In this document: piece by piece, positions 1 to 6,257 of the stretch
Numbering within the stretch: position 1 is the stretch's first letter
Layout of the letters: each line of letters starts with the position of its first letter
From: a bacterium
GTDB taxonomy: Bacteria > Eisenbacteria > RBG-16-71-46
NCBI GenBank assembly: GCA_043779265.1
Contig: JAYWEM010000100.1
Location: 1 to 21,122, forward strand
Reading direction: 5' to 3'
Length of the DNA stretch: 21,122 nucleotides
The notes under the pieces: model-generated
What the model was told of the DNA's origin: nothing
The model's database searches: none
The model's input: the letters and a program-made list of their open reading frames with translations, nothing else
Program-made: the position numbers and the translations under genes

Positions 1-714
1 AGCGTTCACGCCGTGGGAGAGGGCGTCGCCCTGGTCGCACGAACGATCGAGTCCCTCCTCGCCAATCGCATCATCGGGCTGGGATTGGGGCTGGCTGCGA
101 GCGAGGCGTCGATCGATGAGGCGCTCGCTCACTACCGCGGTGTGGCCGGTGGCTTCGCGGTCAATCTCTCACCGCGCGCCATGCCCGAATCGATCCCGCT
201 GTGGCTCGAGTCTCGCGGCCTCGCGACGTTCTTCCACCACCTGCCGCACGGTCGAGCCGCCGGTTCTCCCCCGGATTCGGGTTCCTCGCTCTTCGTGAGG
301 GAAGTCGAGCCGGAGTCGGCCGCGGTCTGGTCGCACGTCGCGATGGCCGAGACCGAAGACGCGACGTCGCCGCATCAGTTCGCCTGGCATGAGGCGTGTG
401 TCGGTCGAGCGGGTTGGACCCAGGTGCTCGCCATGCAGGGCGAGAGCGCGGTCGCGGCAGCGACGATGTTCATGCAAGGCGACGCCGCGTGGCTGGGACA
501 CGCGCGGACGCTGTCGAGCCATCGGCGCATGGGCGCGCAACGGGCGCTGCTGGCCGCGCGCATCCGCATCGCGACGCATCGCGGGGCCAAGTGGCTCGCC
601 ACCGAGACCGGCCCCGACTGGCCTGATGTGGCGCGCGAGTCCCTGCGCAACGTCCGCTGGGCGGGATTCGCGCCGTTGCACGAGCGGCCGAGCTGGATCC
701 CGATCCCCGGGTGA
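1..714 (+). CDS. GNAT-family N-acetyltransferase, probably 5'-truncated by the window edge
   Basis: The frame is open from base 1 (agc gtt cac gcc gtg...). The C-terminal half has a GNAT acetyl-CoA-binding motif A (AWLGHARTLSSHRRMGAQRALLAARI) and a motif B-like segment (SLRNVRWAGF). The stop is followed by a hairpin at 746-781. Confidence 0.75.
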   Translation, partial: SVHAVGEGVALVARTIESLLANRIIGLGLGLAASEASIDEALAHYRGVAGGFAVNLSPRAMPESIPLWLESRGLATFFHHLPHGRAAGSPPDSGSSLFVREVEPESAAVWSHVAMAETEDATSPHQFAWHEACVGRAGWTQVLAMQGESAVAAATMFMQGDAAWLGHARTLSSHRRMGAQRALLAARIRIATHRGAKWLATETGPDWPDVARESLRNVRWAGFAPLHERPSWIPIPG

Positions 715-745
715 CGCGGCCGGACCCTGATGCGTCCCCGACGCA

Positions 746-781
746 ACGAGACCCCGCGGCCTCTCGGCTGCGGGGTCTCGT
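746..781. terminator. GC-rich hairpin between convergent genes, likely bidirectional terminator
   Basis: ACGAGACCCCGCGGCC-TCTC-GGCTGCGGGGTCTCGT forms a 16-bp stem with one G-U pair, between the stops at 714 (+) and 803 (-). There is no U-tract. Confidence 0.65.
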
Positions 782-802
782 GCGACGAGTGGAACGAGTG
801 CG

Positions 803-1609
803 TCAGCGACCGACGAACTCGGCCTTCTTCTTGTCGATGTACGCCATGAGGCCGATCTTCGCGTCCTCGCCGGCGAACAACTGCTGCTGCAGCTCGCGCT
901 CGATGGCGAGAGCGGACTCGAACGGGAGATCCGCGCCCGACTGCACCGAGCGCTTGATCCGACCCACCGCACGGCTCGCCTTGTTCGGCGGGCAGAACTG
1001 CTCGGCGTAGGTCTGGATCTTGTCCATGAACTCCTGGGTGCTGGCCGCCTCCCAGATCTGGTTCACGAGGCCCAGCTCCTGCGCGGCCTCGAAGCCGAAC
1101 ACATCGCCGGTGACCATCAGCTCGATCGCCTTGCTCTTGTTGACGAGGCGGGCCAGGCGCTGCGTACCACCCGTGCCGGGCAGCACGCCGAGCGAGACTT
1201 CGGGCAGTCCCACCTTGCCGCCGCCCTTCTTGGCGATGCGGATGTCCGCCGCCATCGCGATCTCGAGGCCGCCGCCGACCGTGTGGCCGTTGAGCGCCGC
1301 GATGACCAGCTTCGGCGTGTGCTCGAGACGGTTCAGCGTCTCGTTGGCGTGCAGGCAGAAGTAGTACTTGAACGTCGGGTCCGCCGTCTTGAGCATGTTG
1401 ATGTCGGCGCCGGCGCAGAAGAACTTGTCGCCCGAGCCGCGGATCACGATGACGTGAACGCTCTCGTCGAAGCGCGCCTTGAGGATCGCCTCGTCGATCT
1501 GCCGCATCATCTCGTGCGTGTAGCAGTTGCCGGGATCGAAGGTCAGCTCGAATGTCATCACGCCGTTCTTCACGGAGGTGTTGACGAGCGTCGCCTGGGT
1601 GGTGGTCAT
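803..1609 (-). CDS. Enoyl-CoA hydratase/isomerase (crotonase) family protein with both catalytic glutamates
   Basis: Motifs FFCAGADI, ALNGHTVGGGLEIAMAAD and GLPEVSLGVLPGTGGTQRL. RBS AGGAG lies upstream of the ATG on the minus strand. Confidence 0.95.
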   Translation of the reverse strand: MTTTQATLVNTSVKNGVMTFELTFDPGNCYTHEMMRQIDEAILKARFDESVHVIVIRGSGDKFFCAGADINMLKTADPTFKYYFCLHANETLNRLEHTPKLVIAALNGHTVGGGLEIAMAADIRIAKKGGGKVGLPEVSLGVLPGTGGTQRLARLVNKSKAIELMVTGDVFGFEAAQELGLVNQIWEAASTQEFMDKIQTYAEQFCPPNKASRAVGRIKRSVQSGADLPFESALAIERELQQQLFAGEDAKIGLMAYIDKKKAEFVGR

Positions 1610-1695
1610 GGCGGTCTCCTATGGAAGGTGGGTCAGGACAGCGGCCCGTGCGGTCGTCAGAGGAGCCGCGGGACGTCAGATGGGATCAGCGCGCG

Positions 1696-1724
1696 AGTAT
1701 AGGAAGCCACGACGGGCGCGGCAA
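1696..1724 (-). promoter_or_regulatory. Putative sigma70 promoter for the enoyl-CoA hydratase gene
   Basis: The minus strand reads TTGCCG-N17-TATACT, about 85 bp upstream of the ATG at 1609. Confidence 0.6.
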
Positions 1725-1786
1725 TGCCGGTGATTTGACGCCCGCCTGACTCGCCCGAACAGGAATTCCGTGGCCGAGCCGATCTT

Positions 1787-1808
1787 TTAATCGTATATTG
1801 CCGATGAA
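1787..1808. promoter_or_regulatory. Putative ArsR operator (imperfect inverted repeat)
   Basis: TTAATCG-TATATTGC-CGATGAA (6 of 7 arm positions match) lies in an AT-rich patch just upstream of the arsR RBS (AAGGAGG, 1814-1820). ArsR/SmtB repressors autoregulate through such sites. Confidence 0.55.
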
Positions 1809-1824
1809 CGATGAAGGAGGCTCC

Positions 1825-2139
1825 ATGACCCCCGTGAAAACCGAGGAGCGCGGCTCGTTCACTCGTGCCGACGAGGAACTCGCCTCGCTCGCCAAAGCGC
1901 TCGCCCATCCCGCCCGCGTGAGCATCGTCCGCATGCTGGCGCACCGTGGTGAGTGCGTGTGCGGCGAGATCGTCGAAGTCATGCCGCTCGCGCAGGCAAC
2001 TGTGTCGCAGCACTTGAAGGTGCTCAAGGACGCTGGGCTCATCCAGGGCGAGATCGATGGCCCGCGCGTCTGCTACTGCATCCACCCCGCCTCGATCGAG
2101 CGCCTGCAGCGGCTCGTCGCCTCCCTCCAGAAGGACTAG
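1825..2139 (+). CDS. arsR: ArsR/SmtB family As(III)-responsive repressor
   Basis: AKALAHPARVSI...ECVCGEIV...LAQATVSQHLKVLKDAGLI is a winged HTH with a CVC metal-binding site. The start was moved to ATG 1825 because of RBS AAGGAGG. It lies directly upstream of arsM. Confidence 0.92.
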   Translation: MTPVKTEERGSFTRADEELASLAKALAHPARVSIVRMLAHRGECVCGEIVEVMPLAQATVSQHLKVLKDAGLIQGEIDGPRVCYCIHPASIERLQRLVASLQKD

Positions 2140-2148
2140 GAGCCCGCC

Positions 2149-3033
2149 ATGACCGACGACATCCGCCTCACCCCCGCCCCGACGACCCGCGACTGCGGTT
2201 GCAGCACGGATTGCTGTTCCACACCCTCCACCGAGACGCTCTCCCCCTCCACCGACGTGCGGAGCGTGGTTCGCGAGAAGTACGGCGACATCGCCGAGGG
2301 CCGCGCCTCGGGCTGCGGTTGCGGCTGTGAGCCTGACGCCCAAGGCATGGACCGCGTGCTGTCGCAGCTCGGCTATTCCGACGAGCAGGCCAAGGCGATT
2401 CCCGAGGGGGCCAACCTCGGACTCGGCTGCGGCAATCCGATCGCACACGCTCGGCTCGAGGCGGGCGAGACGGTGCTCGATCTGGGCTCGGGTGCCGGAC
2501 TCGACTGCTTCCTCGCCGCGCGTGCCGTGGGTGAGACCGGCCGCGTGCTGGGGGTGGACATGACGCCATCGATGCTGGAGCGCGCGCGCGCCCTTGGCTC
2601 GAAGCACGGCTTCCGCAACGTCGAGTTCCGACTCGGCGAGATCGAGCACCTGCCGGTCGAGAGCGCCACGGTCGACTGCATCCTCTCCAACTGCGTCGTC
2701 AATCTGTCGCCCGACAAGTCGAGCGTGTTCGCCGAGGCGTTCCGTGTGCTCAAGCCCGGTGGCCGGCTCGTCGTCTCGGATCTCGTGCTGACGCGCGCGC
2801 TCACCGAATCGCAGCAGCGCAACGTCGCGCTCTATGTGGGATGCGTCGCGGGTGCGGCGCAGCGCGACGACTATCTGCGACTGATCACGGCCGCGGGTTT
2901 CGCCGAGGTCGAGGTGCTCGAGGAGACACGCTACGAGATCGGGCAGGAGGGGCTCGCCGAGGGCAGTGAGGAACGCGACGCGTTCACAGCGGTCGTCTCG
3001 GTGAAGGTCCGGGGCCTCAAACCGCTGGCCTGA
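2149..3033 (+). CDS. arsM: Arsenite S-adenosylmethionine methyltransferase
   Basis: ArsM motifs VREKYG, ANLGLGCGNP, VLDLGSGAGLDCFLAA (SAM binding), GVDMT, ILSNCVVNLSPDK and YVGCVAGA. RBS AGGAG overlaps the arsR stop. Confidence 0.93.
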   Translation: MTDDIRLTPAPTTRDCGCSTDCCSTPSTETLSPSTDVRSVVREKYGDIAEGRASGCGCGCEPDAQGMDRVLSQLGYSDEQAKAIPEGANLGLGCGNPIAHARLEAGETVLDLGSGAGLDCFLAARAVGETGRVLGVDMTPSMLERARALGSKHGFRNVEFRLGEIEHLPVESATVDCILSNCVVNLSPDKSSVFAEAFRVLKPGGRLVVSDLVLTRALTESQQRNVALYVGCVAGAAQRDDYLRLITAAGFAEVEVLEETRYEIGQEGLAEGSEERDAFTAVVSVKVRGLKPLA

Positions 3034-3159
3034 GTGGGTTCGGAAAGGGCCGAAGGGCCGACGCAGCGCCCAGCCCACGTCGATCCGGGGCTCATTTGCC
3101 TCGTCGGGGGATGGGCGTCTGTGTCACCCTTCTCCATTCCCTCACCCTCCGGAGGCTCC

Positions 3160-5979
3160 ATGTTCCCCGACCGTCTGTTCATCCGCCGCTCTCTCGGCGG
3201 CCTCCTCCTCCTCGCCGGTGTCCTCTCGGCCGGCAGCGCGATCGCCAAGGGCACCCACAAGCGTCACCCGGCGCAGATCGCGGGCCGTGCCCCCGAGGCC
3301 ACGCGCTTCGTCGGCAAGCAGGAGATCGGAATCGAGAGCGGCATCCCTCGCGCGCTGCACAGCGTGGAGTACCGCGTCACCGCGTCGGATCCCGAGACCA
3401 TGGCGCGTCAGTACCTGAGCGAAAACGCTTCGAAACTGCGCTTCGATGATGCGGGCGCATCAGATCTGTTCGTGCGCGCGACGAGGCGCGGACTCGCCGG
3501 CACCACCGTGCGCTTCGAGCAGCGCGTCCGGGGTATCCCCGTGCTCGCTCCCGATGTCGCAGTCACCATCGACCCGACGAACAAGGTGACGTTCGTGATG
3601 AACGGGTATGAGCCGGGCCTGACGCTGGCGGAGGACAAGGCGACGGTCGCTTCTGACGTGGCCCTCTCGAGCGCGCTCGCCACGCTCGGCGTGGACCGCA
3701 AGCCGGCGTTCGAGAGCACGCGCCTGGTGGTGCTGCCCGAGGGCAAGACGGCGCGTCTCGTGTGGCAGGTGAAGGTTGTGCCGAGCGGCGAGCCGCACGG
3801 CGATTGGCACGTCCTCGTCGATGCCGCGACGGGCGAGATCGTGCAACTGGAGAACCGCGCGCTGCACGCGACCGGCACCGGTTTCGTGTTCGATCCCGAT
3901 CCGCTGGGCGCCGCGCATGCCACGTACGGTCAGCCCGGCTTCAGCGACGGCGCCGATGCGACCACGCCCCAGCTCGACGCCGCGCGCTCGAGCCGCTCGC
4001 TGCTCGACATCACCGACATCGGCGGCGGCGTCTTCAAGCTGCAGGGCCCGTATGCGGTGATCGTCGATACCGAGTCGCCGTTCAAGGGCCTGTTCACGCA
4101 GGCGAGCACGACGTTCAACTTCAATCGATTCGATGACGCGTTCGAGGCGGTCAACTGCTACTACCACGTCGACCACTCGATGCGGCACATCGTGAACACG
4201 CTGGGCGTGCCGGTCACGCCCTACCAGTACGCGGGTGGCGTGCGCTTCGACCCGAGCGGCCTCTCGGGTGACGACAACTCGCACTACACGTCGTCGAACG
4301 GCGTCATCGCGTTCGGCGAAGGCGGCGTGGACGACGCCGAGGATGCCGATGTGGTCATCCACGAACTGGGCCATGGGCTGCACGACTGGCTCACCGCCGG
4401 CGGGCTGTCGCAGGTCAATGGGTTGAGCGAGGGGCTGGGCGACTACGTGTGCCAGTCCTACAGCCGCGGTCTCGGCCAGTGGGCCTCCAATGAGGCGCCG
4501 TATCACTGGACCTTCAGTTGGGACGGGCACAATGAGTTCTGGCCGGGTCGCATCACCAACTCGCCCGCGCTGTATCCGGGCGGCCTCGTGGGGCAGGTCC
4601 ACTCCGATGGTCAGATCTGGGCGACGTGCCTGATGCGCATCTGGAACGCGATCGGCCGCAACCAGACCGACCGCGCCGTGTACGAGGGCATCGCGATGAC
4701 CAACTCGTCCACCAACCAGAACAGCGCGGCGCAGGCCGTACTGCAGGCGGCCATCTCGATGAACTACAGCGGCGCGGAGATCGCGGCAATGGTGTCCGAG
4801 ATGCAGGCGACGGGCTACAGCGTGAGCATCGGCGTCGACTACGTCTCGAACCAGCTCACCGATCTGTGCGAGAGCAACCCGGGCAACGTCAACGGCCTGC
4901 TCGAGCCGGGCGAGACCGCGACGATCGGCGTCACCGTGCGCGCGGCCTCGACCTCGCACACGGGTGTCTCGGGCACGCTGACGTCCTCCACCCCCGGAGT
5001 CACGATCCTCAATGGGTCCGCGTCCTGGCCGGATCTCGCACCCGGAGTCCCGACGGCGAACAGCGGCCTCCCGTTCCGGATCCGGCTCGACCCCTCGGTG
5101 GCCTGTCTGTCGACCGTGAACTTCCAGTTGTCGGTGACGACCAACCAGGGCGGCCCCTACGTCACCAACTTCAGCCGCCCGGTCGGGGCGACGCTCACGC
5201 CAAGTGGCCTGCCGCTCGCGATCCCGGATAACAACACGACGGGCGTGACGAGCACGCTTAACGTGGGCGCCAACGTCGTCCTGTCGGACGTCAACGTGCG
5301 CGTGCAGATCACGCACTCCTGGGTGGGCGATCTGTTCATCAAGTTGCGCAGCCCCGCGGGAACCGAGGTCACGCTGCTCGACCGCCCCGGCGTGCCAGCG
5401 TCCACGTTCGGGTGTGGCAATGACAACATGGATGTCACGTTCGATGGCTCGGGCGTGGTCAACCTGGAGACCCATTGCGCCGGCACGAATCCGTGGTACA
5501 CGGGCGTCGCGCTGCCCGTCGGATCGCTCGCCGCGTTCAACGGCCAATCATCGCAGGGGGCGTGGGTGCTCACCGTGAGCGACCGGGCAGCGACCGATGT
5601 CGGGACGCTCACGTCGTGGCAACTCCTCACGACGCCCGCCCTCGCTGGGGCATGCGCGACCTGCAACGATGTGGTCGGCGTCCCGGTCTCGATCTCGCCC
5701 GGCGGACTCGCGCTCTCACAGAATCGCCCCACGCCGTTCTCGGGCAGCACGTCGATCGAGTTCCGCCTCGACCAGCCAGGACACGCCACGCTCGGCGTGT
5801 ACGATGTGCGCGGTCGTCACGTCACGACACTGGTGGATGGCGAGTTCGCCTCCGGCCCGCGCACCGCGACGTGGAATGGAACCGACCGAGACGGGACGCG
5901 AGTCGCTCCGGGCCTTTACTTCTATCGCCTGAGCAGCGGCGGGCACTCGATCACCAGGCGGACGACGCTGGTGGAGTGA
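3160..5979 (+). CDS. Secreted zinc metalloprotease, paralog 1: M36 fungalysin/M4-like, with FTP/PepSY-type propeptide, proprotein-convertase P-domain and C-terminal FlgD-Ig/T9SS-CTD-like domain
   Basis: ATG 3160 follows GGAGG. Signal peptide MFPDRLFIRRSLGGLLLLAGVLSAGSAIA. Propeptide motifs VRFEQRVRGIPV and VLVDAATGEIV. HELGH at 4360-4374 plus GLSEGLGD (third Zn ligand). P-domain AIPDN...ITHSWVGDL...GAWVLTVSD. C-terminus QNRPTPFSGST...VYDVRGRHVTTL...WNGTDRDG...GLYFYRL. Confidence 0.88.
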   Translation: MFPDRLFIRRSLGGLLLLAGVLSAGSAIAKGTHKRHPAQIAGRAPEATRFVGKQEIGIESGIPRALHSVEYRVTASDPETMARQYLSENASKLRFDDAGASDLFVRATRRGLAGTTVRFEQRVRGIPVLAPDVAVTIDPTNKVTFVMNGYEPGLTLAEDKATVASDVALSSALATLGVDRKPAFESTRLVVLPEGKTARLVWQVKVVPSGEPHGDWHVLVDAATGEIVQLENRALHATGTGFVFDPDPLGAAHATYGQPGFSDGADATTPQLDAARSSRSLLDITDIGGGVFKLQGPYAVIVDTESPFKGLFTQASTTFNFNRFDDAFEAVNCYYHVDHSMRHIVNTLGVPVTPYQYAGGVRFDPSGLSGDDNSHYTSSNGVIAFGEGGVDDAEDADVVIHELGHGLHDWLTAGGLSQVNGLSEGLGDYVCQSYSRGLGQWASNEAPYHWTFSWDGHNEFWPGRITNSPALYPGGLVGQVHSDGQIWATCLMRIWNAIGRNQTDRAVYEGIAMTNSSTNQNSAAQAVLQAAISMNYSGAEIAAMVSEMQATGYSVSIGVDYVSNQLTDLCESNPGNVNGLLEPGETATIGVTVRAASTSHTGVSGTLTSSTPGVTILNGSASWPDLAPGVPTANSGLPFRIRLDPSVACLSTVNFQLSVTTNQGGPYVTNFSRPVGATLTPSGLPLAIPDNNTTGVTSTLNVGANVVLSDVNVRVQITHSWVGDLFIKLRSPAGTEVTLLDRPGVPASTFGCGNDNMDVTFDGSGVVNLETHCAGTNPWYTGVALPVGSLAAFNGQSSQGAWVLTVSDRAATDVGTLTSWQLLTTPALAGACATCNDVVGVPVSISPGGLALSQNRPTPFSGSTSIEFRLDQPGHATLGVYDVRGRHVTTLVDGEFASGPRTATWNGTDRDGTRVAPGLYFYRLSSGGHSITRRTTLVE

Positions 5980-6018
5980 AGAAATGCTGAACAACATCGC
6001 CCCTGAGTGAACAAGTTC

Positions 6019-6053
6019 GAGGACGCCTCGGTGAACATCACCGGGGCGTTCTC
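6019..6053 (+). terminator. Hairpin after protease paralog 1, putative terminator or processing stem
   Basis: GAGGACGCCTCGGTGA-ACA-TCACCGGGGCGTTCTC forms a 16-bp stem with two G-U pairs, about 40 bp after the stop. The U-tract is weak. Confidence 0.55.
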
Positions 6054-6082
6054 AATTCGCGATCAGCGCCCAGCTTTCGTTC

Positions 6083-6110
6083 CTGACAGAAGCCGGACCT
6101 GTGGCATATT
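6083..6110 (+). promoter_or_regulatory. Possible sigma70 promoter for protease paralog 2
   Basis: CTGACA-N16-CATATT with an extended -10 TG dinucleotide, located just downstream of the preceding hairpin. Confidence 0.35.
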
Positions 6111-6257
6111 CCTCGGACCCTTCGCTCTCCCGGCGGAATTTCGTGTCGGGACGGTCGGTGCGCGAGACGCACGGCCGATCGAGGGGATCTGTTCTCCGTG
6201 TCCACCTTTGTCCCTCCCCTCGGCAACACTTCCCGAAGGGTCTCGGAGGTCGTCCGC

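Noticed and set aside
3034..3159. Upstream start extensions given by the ORF track (also at 1798, 6198, 14987, 15793, 16446, 17322 and 19287)
   Set aside because: Downstream starts have clear Shine-Dalgarno sequences and put the signal peptides or conserved domains at the N-terminus.
3160..3246. Possible Tat signal (FIRRSLGG) in protease 1
   Set aside because: It matches S/T-R-R-x-F-L-K poorly and paralog 2 lacks the twin arginine, so a Sec signal is more parsimonious.
3460..5547. 695-aa antisense ORF, and similar ones at 1657-3078, 10069-11712, 12610-14334, 17246-19015 and 19311-20519
   Set aside because: These are shadow ORFs opposite well-supported genes. They are Arg/Ala/Gly-rich with no recognisable motifs, as expected from high-GC codon bias.
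1825..5979. arsR, arsM and protease 1 share one reading frame, separated only by a single TAG (2137-2139) and a single TGA (3031-3033), suggesting read-through, Sec/Pyl recoding or a split fusion
   Set aside because: Each gene has its own RBS and is complete, and the protease has its own signal peptide. I recognised no SECIS-like element. Same-frame adjacency is a common chance event in GC-rich DNA.
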